Below are positions 46,522 to 60,613 of a DNA stretch of 64,000 bases, piece after piece. The position numbers and the translations under genes are program-made. Source of the DNA: Selaginella moellendorffii (taxonomy: Eukaryota; Plantae; Lycopodiophyta); the NCBI RefSeq assembly GCF_000143415.4, contig NW_003314381.1, positions 364,137 through 428,136 on the forward strand, in the 5' to 3' direction. The notes under the pieces were generated by a model. It was not told the origin of the DNA and did no database searches. It saw only the letters and a list, made by a program, of their open reading frames with translations. How positions within the stretch are numbered: the stretch's first letter is position 1; each line of letters starts with the position of its first letter.

Positions 46522-48222
46522 TGCTGACGATTCTCTTTCAATCTCTCCTCACTTCTCCTTTCTACGCCTCGACTCACCACCTTGCACCACAACAGGCCAG
46601 CCTCGACGTTGATTCTTTAACTTCTTTTAAACTCTAAACCACAAAAAAATTCTTAATTTGCTAAGGGGAAAAGAAATGAAAAGAAAAGGATCCAACATCG
46701 TTTAATTTTGGTTGACAGTTTCATTGTTTCCACAACACAATGAGGAGTTTGGAATGTGATGATTCGAGTAGCTCGGGCTGATGTGGAGAAGCTTGGATAA
46801 GCCCTTCCAAGAAACTAAAGTTTTGAAACTACTGTTAGAAAACCATTAAACAAATTAATGTGTATAACATACCACCCAACTCTTGTGCTCAAACACGAGA
46901 ATCCACTTGGGATTGTTTAGAACATGAGTTGCCAGATGAGCAAGCTTACATACTCTTAATTATGAGTCCAATCAAACGAGCCATATTCCTAACAGGGAAT
47001 CAGGAGCTGCCTAGGTTCTCAAATGATGAAACAAATGGAACACCTTTTCTTGCGCACTGGGAGCAATAGTTTTATTCATTTAGAGTTTTTATTGCGGCGC
47101 CGTTTGATTCGAAATAATTAACTCGGTACCACTGGCAAAATTTGACCAGCTTTCTCACTCCCGGTTCCAAAATGCTCACGCAACTCTCCATGTCTGTTCT
47201 TGTTTTCCTCACGAAGCTATCTTGCAGACATGGTTAGTAGAAAAGGAAGGAAAAAAACAAGAGCTTAGTCCTTCTACCTCGTACAAGTTCCAAGCCTTGG
47301 TTTGTTTAAGGCCGAGGCATTTCGTTTTTCCTTCTTTTCCCGACACGGCTTTCGGAGCGGTCGTCTGCATGCAAAGAAATGGAAAGATTTCAGGTCTCCG
47401 CTCCGCATGCTCGAGTGGAGCCTGGAATGATGCTAGCCCTCACTGTGGCTGCTTTTGTCATCTGCTTATAAGGTACATTCGTCTCAAAGATAGTGTGTAT
47501 AACCCTTTTTGCTTGGTGGTTTTAAGAAATAACGTTGTTGACAACTCTCTCCAGTGGCTGGTGAAAGAGGCAAGTGTCTAACATTTTAAAACTCATTTGT
47601 GATCCGGCTATGGCTTTTGTCTCGAAAGTTACGTCTCCCTGGTGGAATGTTACTCTGAATATATGATTATGGAAACTTTAACTTGGGGGAGGCATCACGC
47701 GTTGATTGAGAGATACGTTCATATCAACAATAGTAATGTGCACACCTGGAAAGGCGAGCGTGACGATTGCCCATGACACAGCAAGCCTTCGTCAGCAACA
47801 GCCAGCAGGAGAAAACAACTATATTCGATCAAAAGAAAATTGACAGAAAAAAAAAGCTCTGAGGATTTACAAAATTTGATTGACTACGTGCACGTGATGC
47901 GCATGGCCAGTTATTTATTTATTTTCCCTCCCTCCGTTTTCCGCTCTTGGTGGTTGGCTGGAATTATTTTGCTCGCGGTTTGAGATTTTTATTACCGCAA
48001 AGTCAACTGATCTGCATTTGAATTGCCTCCCTCGAGAAAACGATGTTTTAACGTCCAAGAAGAAGCAGCTGAATTATGCATGTACGTATGTGTAGTACAA
48101 GTGGGGAGTATAGTACAGCCGCCCAAAAGAGGTGACCACCCTTTCATGAACATTCCTTGGTAATTCATGTACTTTGTAATTCATAGCCCACCACTTTGCA
48201 AAAGTACTATCTTGAGCGAATC

Positions 48223-48261
48223 CGGTTCAGGTTCAGATTCAGCTTCAGGTTCAGGTTCAGA
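48223..48261 (+). repeat. (TTCAGG)-type hexanucleotide microsatellite
   Basis: ggttcaggttcagattcagcttcaggttcaggttcag. Confidence 0.8.
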
Positions 48262-51200
48262 GTTGCACCTTCCTTACACAAACTTCAGAGAGATGGTGTT
48301 CCTGTTGCATGCATTTCCCTTCATCTCCTTTCCCAGGTGCAAAACAAAGTGGTCCCCATCTCCATAAAATCTCCTTGCTCGCACAGCCCAGCCCAATAGC
48401 AGAGCATGCCAAAAGAAAAAGAGGCCTTCCTAGTGCTGGGCCAAATTATTACAGGTGTTCTACTGTAGCAAAATGGTCGTTCTGACACGCATCTAGACAC
48501 AAACAACTGAGTTGTTCTTGGTTTTTTTTTCTTTTGTTCTTTTGTTCTTTTTTTTTTTTTTTTTTGCGTGCTGCTCTCGAAGCTGGAAAAGGTTTTCCCA
48601 TTAACAAAAGCGAGGAAACAGGTGGATGGGCGGATAGCTCCATTTGTGCTCCCCCAATTTTTGTGCGTGGTTGCGTGGGTGAGGCTAACTTGCAAACCGA
48701 ATGTAACATGGGGGAGTTGGCAGCAGCCTTCTGATATAAGTTTTTTTGGCGATTTACACATTAAAAATTTAATGCAAGAGTTGATCGCTTTGCTGTTGGC
48801 CTGGCATCTGCCTATCAATCATCCAACCACCTTTGAATGTGAGGTGTGCTTGCACTCGTTGTACACAACTCAAGAAAAGGAGATGTATCTATCCTGAGAT
48901 GTCAACCATTTAAACATACCTTCCAGGCACTGCTCTCAGATGAAAGTTGATAGTCCCCGCCCGGATGACGTCGTCAAATACAGTGTAGATTCCCCGTGGA
49001 AAATAAGAAAGATTAATGCCGGTTTGCTGCGACTGAGAAGGCTGTTTTTGTCAAGGACCGATGCGATTCCCAGCAAGAACTTCAGATCTGGAAGCACTTT
49101 CTAGAAGAAACTTACTTACAATCATAAAAGCGACAGGCCCGCAACAGGGCGCAGTCGCCAGAATCATGTTTGTGGATGATCAATTCTCAAGGAGCATATG
49201 CCCGCTCAGATTCAACCTTACCGGATGCAAGCCTCTGAAACAAGAGTGGCAAAAGTCTCGACTCAAGTATTATAACATATCCAAAAATTTCCTGCTCCTG
49301 CTGCCTCCTACCATACACATCATAGACAATTCCACCCAATACTTTAAAAAATCTCGTGATACTCAGGCCAGGACTTGGTGTGCCATATCAACACAGTACA
49401 CATGCACCACAGAAAAAAAAAAGTAGACTGTATTTTTCTTTTGTTGGTGCGGTTGGCCAACGCGTCTGCTCGGACACCTGAGAATTGATCGAGATGTGGT
49501 TGACTGACGTCACCCCACAAAATGGCCTCTGAACAATAACAACAAGAACCCCGGCCCAAGCATCCGTCTCCGACGAGCAGCAGCAGCACTGCAGCTGCAC
49601 CAGGAGCAACAACTAAAGTGGGTTGAAGAACTGAACATTTTTCAGGCATGCAAATGTCAGGGAGGGAGGAGGAAAAAAGGAGGGAGAGGGGGAAAAATGG
49701 AAGATAAACAAAGTCATTAGGTAGGGAGGCATCTGCGTCGGTTCCTGCTGCTATGCTCTGATACATGTGTGTGTGGGGTGTGGTGTGGCCACCACCACCA
49801 CCACCATCACCACCACCATCTCCCACCAGCCTAGCTGCCCCCCATCTCCCTCATTCACATGCACTGGGCCAGATCCAACCAGAAAAAAACACACAAAAGA
49901 AGTGAAAATGAAACAAGAGGGAAGAGGAAAAGGATCTCATGCCTTGATCCTTCTCATTTGACTAGGTAAACCAGCAAGAATGTTCAGCAACTAGGCTATA
50001 TCAGAATGTTTGAAAAGTTTGTTGGTTTGCTGCTGTGATTTCCCATAATATTCTTATAATCAGGCCCTACACAAAACACATGTAGTGCTTGACAGTGCTC
50101 TGTGGCTGGCTGCTGCCACTGCTTTCTGTTGTTGCTTTGCTTTATTTTCTTTCCCTTCTTTTCTATCTTGTGGTTTGTCACTTTTGCTTGCTAGGCACTG
50201 TAAGGATCAGATTGGAGTCTGGATTAAGATTGTCCTTCAGGTGTTATTGTGGGACAGGTTAAGTTGCACAAGTCAAGCTCGCATTGTTTACGCGACGAAG
50301 CTCTCTTTTCACGCGGTTTTAAAGCCAGTCTTCCACCCCCTTGATAAACCACACGTTGAGTCGAAAACCAAGCATTAAACGTGTATGCACATCGTCATTG
50401 TGTAGACCCGAAGAAACGAAACATCCTTGCATCCACATAAAGAATATCCTAACAATTGGGTGTTATTCTGGATTTGTTTGTGTGATACCACACCACCCCA
50501 TGTGCATGCATTACGATTGCAAATGCCACCACCACTCTGGGTCCAATCTGATCCCATCATTTTGTTATATATCATATATTTCACCAAATATATGAAATCA
50601 GAAAAGGAGAAAAATACATCACTCAACACTTGGAGCAGCCCAAAGTACAGAACTGTTCCACTGTCCACCGATCTGAAAGATAGCTCGGCTCTGTCTGGTG
50701 TTGGTAAAGTTGTTGTTGTGCGCCCAGAGACCCTTTCTGAACCTCTGTTGCTGTTCGTGTGCAAAATTCTGGGAGAGAACTTCTTTTTTTTTCACAAAGT
50801 TTCAAATGGTGTAAGAATTCCAGCCAGCCAGCAAGCCTGCCAGCCAACATCACATATGTATACCCACACAATACAAAGAAGAATATGTGAATTTGATCTG
50901 CTTCCACCCACTAGAGGCCCAGGCGTCCTTTCCACAACCAAATTGGTTAGCCACAGACATTGGCTGGTAGTCCCCACGTACACATGCACACACACCACCA
51001 CCCAACCCTCTTGCTTTCATATATTTCCCCCTTTTCTTTTTGGTGGTATAAATGTTGGGGAGGGGTGGTGGTGACGAGCACATATAGATATATAACGTAT
51101 AAACAGCCATATGGCCAGCCTGGTACTCAATTCCCTCATCACTTTCATGGTGGGGACTCTTGGCAAGTTCTACTAGTTGTTTTGTTTCTTCTCTCTGTGG

Positions 51201-53359
51201 AGGAGGAGCTGGAGGACTGTTGGTGGAGAATGAAATGCCGCTTTGTCTCCTACTCCAAATCATGATCCCATTCCCAAATTCCAAATCCTCTGCTTGATTC
51301 CTCTTTTGTGCTGCTGCTGGGGCCATCTGCTAGTGTGTTTGTGGACTTGAAAAGTCCCGGTATTGGGAGAGTTTAGGATTTGGCATGCGGGATTATAAAA
51401 TATAAACTTGGTCGTCCTATCGTGTACGTGTCAGCGCCCCGCCACCCGCATATCTGGCCTCAACAGGAAGATCCATCGCAGAAAAGACTAATTTGGTGTT
51501 GTTTTTCTGAAGTAATCGTGTTGGCCTGGCTTTTGGGTAGATTCCTCTGGACAGGAGATACATGTCTGTTATGTCCACTTAATATTTGGCAAGCCAGGCC
51601 TGTGTGTTTGTGTGTGTGCATGATTGAGCTAGTTGATGGAAGTACAAAACTCTAGTTAAGCTGGCAAAAAACAAAGAATTACTCCAAACATAATCATGCG
51701 TTTTAAAGATGAGCTTTTGTTGGGTATAGTGCAAGTTGTTGCTGCTGCTGGAATTGGTGGCGTTGTTGTTTTTGTTGAGCAAACTTTGCGAGTGTGATAT
51801 TTATGCGAGAACTTAGCTATCAGAGATCCAAACCCGATGGATTCACGGGCAGCCAACACAAAAAAATTTGTCACCAGTAGTAGCAGTCGGTGGGTGCAGC
51901 GAAAGTTTCAGGTCCCACATTTTTGTGCCATAGTTGATGTTCGGTCGCAATCCGCACCAAGTAGTAGTAGCAGTAGCTTATAAGAGGATGGATGAACAAT
52001 TCTAGAATTGGCAGCTCGACACACCGCACATCATCATCTCAGCAACAGCAGCACATGTTTTACGAAGATCATTCTCTCATTAAGCGCTCAAACCACGCAG
52101 AAAATAAATGAACGACCTGAGCTCCTCTCATCACAGCACCACAACCAAGACCACGACTTTTTGGCCCACTCTACTTTTGTGGGAGCACAGAATGATGCGC
52201 TTAGAAAAGGGCAAGATTGCATGTGGCGCGAGTAGTCCTAGCATGAGTCGGGAGAGCCCAAGTTGCAGCAATCAAGCTTTGGACCACTTCAAGTGTCCTT
52301 TTGTGCTTGGGATAACTTCAAAGAATCCATGGTTGTTTTCATGGGCTTAAAGATCATATCAATGTCACGGACCCAAGGTTTTGTGTGTCTGAATGTACGT
52401 TGTGTGGCAACATCAGGGCCTCCACTTCTAGGCGGTGAAATCTCCATGACGCAAATTCCCATCCCTAGAGAAGAATGGGAGCTTTTAACTTTGACCATCG
52501 CGATCCAGATGCCCAGTTAGGGGGATTGTTATCGTGTAAGCTTCTACTTGGCTGCCGCAAAAACAATAAGAAAAGGGAAAAGAAGGTGGTGGCGTGAGGA
52601 ATAATGTACTGTTGGTGCCGCATTTTTTGTTGTCCTACTACCATGTGATGATATGGCTATTACTTTCTTTTTCTTATTCTTCTCATCGTCATCGTCATCA
52701 GGACATTATAGTGGCTTGGATCGGCCCATGAGATGATAGCCCAAGGTGTCCGAAAAATCTGCCCAAGTAGTTTTTTCGTAGCTTTTGGACTTTTTTTTGT
52801 CCAAGGTCAGATTGGCAAGTTACACAGGCTTGACACGAGGAGGATAAGTGATGCGTGAGAGCAATCCAGCCACGGGGTTTCGCGGAAAGTTTGCGAGACA
52901 CCAAACAGGAATCACACAAAAGGAGAAGAAGATATTACACTTTTATCCCATTTCTTTATCACGCCAGCTTTGTAAACTTCGAAATTCTTGAATCAAACCC
53001 TAGAGAAGCTTTCAACTTCCAAAGGCTGTATTATCAGAAAATTGTCAATACACAAAGCGAATAGTGGGTGGATCCACCCAAGTTTCAATAATAGTTGCAT
53101 CCAAATCCATTGCAACCACATGATCTTCATACCAACTTCTTCCCCCTCAAAAAGAATCATAAATCTCTCCCCGGCCACCCCAAGAATTTACAAACCCCAC
53201 GTATGGAAGTTACAATCGACAAAAGAGGAGAGGGGAGGAGTAATAAGATATGTTGTGTGTAAGAAGGAAAAAATAGAAGTATGAACAAACAAACCACCTG
53301 AGAATGATGATCCGATCGATCATCCGCGCGATCGAATCACATGTATATATACGTATAGA

Positions 53360-55982
53360 TCAGCTGTGCCGCTCCAATCTGTGAGGCCGCGACGCCGAGA
53401 TGGAGCTGGAAGAATCGCCCTCGCCCTCTTGACCCTCTCGATCGTCCTCGCTCGATTCCATCGTCTTGGCGGCGTCCAGCTGTGACGAGGATGGAGGAAG
53501 ATCGTGGCCATCGCGCCTCCTCCTCTTGGACGAGGAGCTACTGCCATTGGAGGAGCTGGCGCGGTCGCGATCGTCGTCGCGCTCCTCGCGATCCTGCGGG
53601 ACTTGGTGGAGCGCCAGCGACAGATGCCCAATCCCGGCATCTTTGAGGTTGTCGAGATTCAAGGGCGGGGAGGATCGCTTCCTGGCCGCATTGCCGCTGC
53701 TGCTGGCCAGATCCACGCCGAAAAGCCTCGTCCCGGCGGTGGGAAGGGCCCCCTCGCCTCGATCAATCCTGCCCAATTGCCCCCCGCGAAACAGAGCACC
53801 GCCACCGCCTCCGCCACCATCGCTGGATCGCAGCGCCGCGCTATGGTCCTGGAACTGGAAGAGCCGCTGCTGGTGGAAGGGCGTGATCTCCTCGATGGGC
53901 ACCGCCATGGGCGGTGGAGGAGAGGAAGAAGAATCGTTCTTGCCTGGAAGAGGCGGAGGAAATCTATACCCCGAGCCAGACGAAGAGAACTGGAACCACG
54001 GATGCGCCGCCGCCGCGGGTGGTGGTGGCGCCGCTGGGAGTGGATTGCCAAATCCTCCCTGCTGCCGCGAAGAAATCCCCCAATTGGATCGAGCTGCCGC
54101 GGCCGCGGCGGCAGCGGCGGAATTGATCATCATCTGCTGGTGGTGGTGGTGGTGCTGCTGGGCGGCGGCGGCGGCGGCTGCGTGGTGGTGATGATGTATC
54201 GAGGGATGAGCAGCGGCGCCGCCAGGAGGGACCGGTCTTCTCCGCCAGCTGATGTAGAGCTCCTGGCCTGGCCCCCGCTCGAAGGTGACGATGTCTCCGG
54301 CGTCGAGCTTCTTCTCCTTGACGAAGCGGCTCCATCCCTTAGTGAGGACGTAGCTCTGGCTGCTGTTCCAGTACGAGTAGCGGAACCTCCACACCTTGCC
54401 GGTGATGTCCTCGAACGAGAGCAGCAATCCCTTCTCGTTGGCGGAGAGATCCAGCGGGAAGCAGCGCTCGGCGTGCTGCTTGGGGATCACCAGCCGGTTG
54501 AGCTTCCCCACGTCGCTGGGCGTGACCGCCTTGTCGAAGAGGTGCTCGCGGTGGACCGCGCGGGCGGCGGTGGCGGACGGCTTGGCTGGCGGGGCCGCTG
54601 CCGCTGGGTGGTGGATCATCATCTGTGGATGATTCATCTCCCGCATCACAGCAGCCGCGCTGGATGATCGGAGCTGCTGCTGGTGATGATCCTGCCAGGA
54701 GTTCTTGGGGCCAAGGACTTGCTGGGAGCTCGAGGAGGAGGAGAATTGGTGGTGGTGAGCATGGTGGTGGTGGTGATTGTCCGGGACGATGGCGATGGAG
54801 GCCGCGGCTGCCTCGGCAGCAGCCGCCGCCACCGCGCGGGCGTGCGTGATCTTGCGGCTCTGGTCGAGCTCCTCGTCGTAGGTGTGGCGGCGGAGCATGT
54901 CCACGACTTGCTCCTTGGAATGCAGGCGGAGGAAGGAGGCCTCGGGATCGGAGTCGTGGACGGGGCGGAAGTTGGTCATGGCGTCGCGGCCACGGAATTT
55001 GATGGCGGCGCGGTCGTACGCTCGCGCCGCCTCCTCCTCCTTGTTGAACGTGCCCAGCCACACGCGCTGGTGCTTCTCGTAGATTTGCGCGCCCCATCGC
55101 CCGTTTGGCTGCGGCACCACGCCCTTGTACTGCGAAGAGGGCAGCTTGCCACTCTCGGAGCTCAGAACCATTGCGCCACCGCCGCCACCACCGCCACCAC
55201 TTTTGGTGGTGGAATTCATGGTGATGGACGTTTCTTGATCTGGATCCAGGATCATGAGAAGATTGCTGTTGTTGTTGTTGGTGGTGGTGGTGGTGGTGCC
55301 GCCACTACCTCCGCCAGCACCACCACCACCTGGATCTTGCTGGGACCTTTGCAATGCCTCCACCCAGCTATGGCTGCCGGAGGAATTCTCAGCCTGGTGC
55401 TTGATTGACACGGTCGCCATCTTGCTGGATTCGAATTTGGAGGCTTCGCTTTCTTCTACTGCTTCTTCTTCTTTCTCTTGCTCTTGTTCTTCCTCCTTTG
55501 CTTGCTTTGGAGCTTGCTGAATTGTCACTGCTGCTCGCGATCGTTGGTCGGTGCCAGTGGCGGTGGCGGATGATTTCTTGCGGGAATTTTCGTGGCGATC
55601 GGCGGTGAGGGAGAGCGTGAGTGTGACATCGGGATCTGATGGAGCTGCTCCTCCTGCTGGCGATGATCTTCGCTTTGCTACCGATGAGGTTGTTCGCTGG
55701 ATTCCCAGTCCCAAACCCAATCCCATGACCGCTGCCGCCTCCAATTCTGACCACCGACCGGCTGCCGCCGAGCTGGATGATCCGGGAGCCTGGAATTTGG
55801 AAGCCAATCAGCCATTGCAAAGCCAAAGAGAAAAAAAAACGAGAAAGAAACGAACTTGGAGATAAAACTAGCAGGTAGAAAGATAGAATTATCCAATCTT
55901 GTGCAAACGGGAGGAGTGAGAAGATCTCTTTCTCTACCTTGAAGTGTGGTGAGATTGTTTGAACCAAGGTCGTGGCCGCCAT
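53360..55982 (-). CDS. RAV: RAV-family transcription factor (AP2 + B3 + RLFGV repression motif); predicted short first exon 55938-55982, intron 55790-55937
   Basis: [33 protein letters not shown]; [55 protein letters not shown]; TRLFGVDL. The splice keeps frame (PHFK|APGS). Confidence 0.95.
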
Positions 55983-56119
55983 TAGTAAGTCTCGCTCTCC
56001 AGCGACAACTTCTTCTTCGCCTTGATCTCCAACTGGATCACTAGATCGCGAATTCCCGGAACTTTGCAACGATCTAACAGAAAACCATGCAAACCATTTG
56101 TTAGATCAATTGACAATTG

Positions 56120-56750
56120 AGGGAGAGAGAGAGAGAGAGAGAGAGAGCGCGAGGAAAATCTCGTTTTTCCTGGTGGCGTGCGAGACACTCACTTGCCTGA
56201 TTCCTCCTTCTTCTTGGTTCTTCTCAAGCTCTTCACTGGACACAATTTGATCCTTGATCTCTTGGTGACGATCCTCCTCCTCCTCCTCCTTGGTCGAATT
56301 GTTGTCACTCTCGGAAGAATTCTTTGTTTCGGTGCTAGTGCGATGCGATTTCTCCTCGTCCTCCTCCTGTTTGCTGGCCAATTCCTGTGCTTGCTCCGAG
56401 CTAGCCTGTCCAGGATCCAGCTCAATTATATGCATATATATGCAATTAGCGCGCCAGCGAATCCAGCTAGCGAGCGCGCTCCGCCTTGCAAACACCCCGC
56501 CGCAACGAAGAAATCATGCAGCGAAGGCAAGCAAGAGATGCTTCGCTTGAGCGCTGCTGGCGTCGGATCCAAGCAAATCCAATCCAGCAGGACCAAGCGC
56601 GAAAGCTTGCGCGAGGAGAAGAAGCCTCTTGGAAGGAAAGATCAGCGCCAATTCACGGAGAAGACCGACTTGAGGAGAGGAATTGGGGGAGAGAGAGAGA
56701 GAGAGCGTGTGAAGAAAGAGAGAGAGGGAGAGTGAGAGAGAGTGAGAGAG
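56120..56750. repeat. GA/CT dinucleotide tracts in the RAV 5' region (about 56123-56146 and 56688-56750)
   Basis: (GA)n runs; typical plant 5' UTR and GAGA-factor sites. Confidence 0.7.
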
Positions 56751-58922
56751 CGCTCGAGCGAGGAAGACGAAAGGAATTTCCTTGTTATTCTTTGTTTAGA
56801 GGATTGTGCTTTGGAGTGATGGATTGGAGGAGAGAAATTTGGAGTGGGGAGAGGGAATGCGGCTTTAAAGGGCCAGGGAGTGAGAAGGTTTGCCGATATG
56901 GGTAGAACACTTCGCTGGTGGTCAGGTTAGACAGCACAGCCAGCTAGCTGCTGCTTTTGGGGACGCACGCGTGGTGAAGCCGAGTAAAAACATCGTGAAA
57001 AAGATCAAAGAGGTTCCCAAAAAACAAACGTAGACAGAGGATGATGATCGTTTCCGCGGACAAATTTATATACAGCAGCATAAAAATCTTTGTAATAGTA
57101 GCTCCTTTTCTTTAACTCAATTATTTGGGCATGTAAGCTAGACTGATTGAGATTCGTTGCTGTTGTTTGTGTTTTTCTTCCTTGTGTGCTTTTTTTTTTT
57201 TTTTTTCCCCCTTTTTTTTGCATTTTCTTATCTCTTATCCTTTTTTTATTTGTGTTTTGCCCCCTTTGACGAGCGAGTTGAGCTACTTAACTTTGCGTGT
57301 TGTTTGTTGTTTGCTGCCTCGCGTGGCTGCGGGAAGAAGCCGGGCGGTGCCACGAATTTTCGGCCAAGGAAGATTTATACCAAACTTTTCTGTACGTGGG
57401 AGTAAAACTCCGTTACGTTTTCTAAACTTTTTTCTGAAATCAACTCAAATTGAAAAAAAAAAAAAAAAAAGGAGAAATGCTGAATCGAGTTGAGCTGGTT
57501 TCAAGTGGTGTTTCAGAAGCTGTTGTGTTGCTTTCTCAATCTTTATTTCCAAATAAATGTTTAGCAAAAAACGGATTAAAAGAGATTAAAATCTCAAAAG
57601 CTCGGGGGTGGTGGGCTCATGAGCGGCTGCCACGCGTCAAACCCCCCATGAAAGGCTGTACCTCAGCTGGCTGCAAGGTGGGGGACTCATATAATTGGAG
57701 ATGATTGAGATGTGGCAAAAGTTTAGTTTTTCACCTTCTTTTTTATTTCCATTTTCCCCCTCTTCTTGTCTTGCAACTCTCAATCCAATCCTTAAATCCT
57801 CAAATCCCTTCATTCCCAATCTCATCTTCTTGTTTGCTGAGCCCCCTCTTTCTCATCTCTTTAGCTGATGCTAGCTTATAATTCTCCCTCATTCTTGGGA
57901 GGATCATGTCATCTCAAACAGTCCTAGCACCCCTACTGGTGAGCAATGCAAAGTGAAGTAAGCAACCCCAACACAATCAATCAATCACTCCTCCACTCAA
58001 AGCACCAATTACTCAACCTCTGAGTCAAACACAAGCAGGAAAAAATAAAGCAGAGAGGAAACTAGAAAAGTGAGATGCTTAACTTAAACTCATCACCTTC
58101 GCCTTGCTGTTGCTGGCCTTTGTTGTGTTGTGTGCTGCCACAGGATAGATAAGCTGCTGGAAGGCCCGCTTCTTTATTGGTCGCGTACAGAACTTGGCAA
58201 TCTAGCGCCTGAGACAAAGCTGGAAACGAAACCTGAGGACGAAGAAAAGGAGATAAATGCCAGGCAGAGAGAAAGAGAAAGAGAAAGAGGGTGCAAGCTC
58301 ACGTACCACCGTTGTTGGTTATATGACAAGGCTACAGCGAAAAGCCGCCACAGCCCCCACAGTTGGTGAAACGTCAACAAACTTTGCCCGCTTTAAAATT
58401 CTCTCTTTTCTTCTCCTCGCCTTCTTGGGAGGTCTGCTGTCCTTCAGGTACCAAATCCACCTCATTCCCTTCTGTGCAGGCCATTCCAAAAGCTTCACAG
58501 GTAGATCTGCTTCATTTTGTTGCGTGTAACAATCGCCAAGCTCCCTGCTGGTTAACAAACAAGTAGCAAAAGTTAGAGAGAGAGATAGGAAAGCAAAGGG
58601 GGGAAAAAGAAAAAGGAGAGACTTGGACCACACAGCGTCCTTTCTGTGTGAAAACGTATTTACCCATTGACGCCAGAGATTTGTAATGGATCGATTCAGC
58701 AGCCGCGGAGGTCAAACAAGTTGTGCTCCGACGTGTTTGCAAGGCCCACTTGACCCGGTTGTTGTCTAAGAGTTCTGCTGCGCTCAGTCTCTTCGTCCCT
58801 GATCCCCAAAAACGGCCCTTCACCCGTCCTCTCTTGGCAGCTTGCATTGCACCTATATCACCCCCGCCATGTGAAGGCGGCCGAGCAATGGCCACGTCTG
58901 TTTCACTTCACCCCCCGCACGC

Positions 58923-60378
58923 TTAAGCACCCTCTGGAAGTATGTCCCACACGTATGATCCCAGCTTGCCACCCCTGTAAAACTGTAGCAGTCTTCTGGC
59001 AACTTTGTTGTACCCCTCGTATCCGTCCGACTGCGGGACTCTGAAGGTCTTTCGCAGCTCGTACATCTGGTTGTCGATCAGCTCTGTCATCGCGTCCTCG
59101 TCTTCCAGATCGCCGTCGAAGTTGATCATCAGGGAGGTAATAGCCTCGCGGACGGCTCGTTCCTGCGGGGAGCATCCTTTCTGCATCATTACAAGCATTA
59201 GAGTCCGTCCGAAACCAAATGCTCGCTTCATTACCACTTCCCAGTGGCCGTAGTCTCTGGCATTTGGCTTTAGTTTCTTCGCAAACACTGGCCTTCGAAT
59301 GTTTAGCAGCGCCAGCAAGTATCTGGCAAGTCGATCTTCGCCGATAACGGAGTCCTTGACAGCGCCTGGATAAGCACAAGACCGTGATCTTTTCCACGAG
59401 AGAAATTCACACGCACCTGTTATAGCCAGCTTCAATCCAGTTTCCACACTCTTGATGTTCGGAATCAAAACTCCTGGTGTATCTAGCAAATAAATACTGG
59501 GACACTGACCTATCTATCAACAAAGATAGTAGTAAGATCTCCTATAAAAAAGACCAAAGAACTTATGTACCTTGAATCCTGAAATGATCTTGGTAACACC
59601 AGGAAGCGGGCCAACTTGAGCCTTCTTAGGCCTGCCCTGCACTAAGATACAAACAAGCTCGTTACAAACCCAGAGAAACAATGAAGAAAAGGTCTACCTG
59701 TGGCCTGATATAAAGCATTCGTGAGCACAGACTTTCCAACATTTGGAATGCCGGCTATCATCACAAGAAGCGTGGCCTCCTTTTGGATAGCACCAGCTAA
59801 ACGCTCCTTGATATCAACAACCATCTGTAGTGTCCGAGCCATAAGAACCAACACAGAAAATTCCCACGAAAGAAAAACACGAAAAGAGCTCTTACACTGT
59901 GGACCGAGTGTTTCGAGTGAGCGTTTACATAGATGGGAACCTGGCCTTGAGCTTCAAAGTATTTCTTCCAATTCTGCCAAAACAAATCCACCTAAGAACA
60001 TGCAAACACGATGGCACACACACACACACGCACACACACAACACTTACATGGATCATATTCGAAGACGCCAAATCCATCTTGTTCATCACAATGACATGC
60101 TTCTTCTTCGAAATAAACTCTCCAAGCTCATCGTTCGCGGAGGAAAGCGGAATCTGCCACAAGAAAACCAAGAAACTAAAGCAAATCCTCCCACATTCTC
60201 ACTCCCATACCCTAGCATCGCGAATTTCCAGCACCAGATCCACATACTTGAAGCGCTGCTGGATATCGCGCATCGCCTTGACCATATGCCCCGGATACCA
60301 GCAAACCTTGGCATTACCGGCCGTCTGGAGCGCCATCTTCGTGATGAGATTGAGCTTCTTGGCCGCGGGAGCCGCCAT
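58923..60378 (-). CDS. Circularly permuted GTPase, RbgA/YlqF/Mtg1 family (organellar ribosome biogenesis; SIN2/DGP-like), multi-exon
   Basis: WYPGHMVKAMR..VDLVLEIRDAR|IPLSS, VMNKMDL (G4), AGIPNVGKS (G1), VGPLPGVTK, LLDTPG (G3). Confidence 0.92.
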
Positions 60379-60613
60379 AACTCCGTGGACGAAGAAACGA
60401 AGAACCCTAAATCCGCGTAAAGTAAAACCAAGCTCTTGAAGATTTAATGTACAAGGCCTATCTTTCTCCTTTCGTAACATTTTCCTTTCTTTCTTTATGG
60501 TAGAGCCTTCTTCTACCATGGTGGATTTGATCTTGAACTTCTCCATCTTCTTCTTCTTTACCATGGTTTCTTACACTTCCATGGCTTCATTCACTTCTTC
60601 CTCCTCGTGTTCG

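Noticed and set aside
51620-51640. miR171-like start TGATTGAGC
   Set aside because: The match stops after 9 nt and no complementary star arm was seen.
53466-55408. Several long + strand ORFs (241-387 aa)
   Set aside because: GC-rich antisense shadows of RAV; the same applies to 28198-29040 opposite RPL2 and 8546-9223 opposite HCT.
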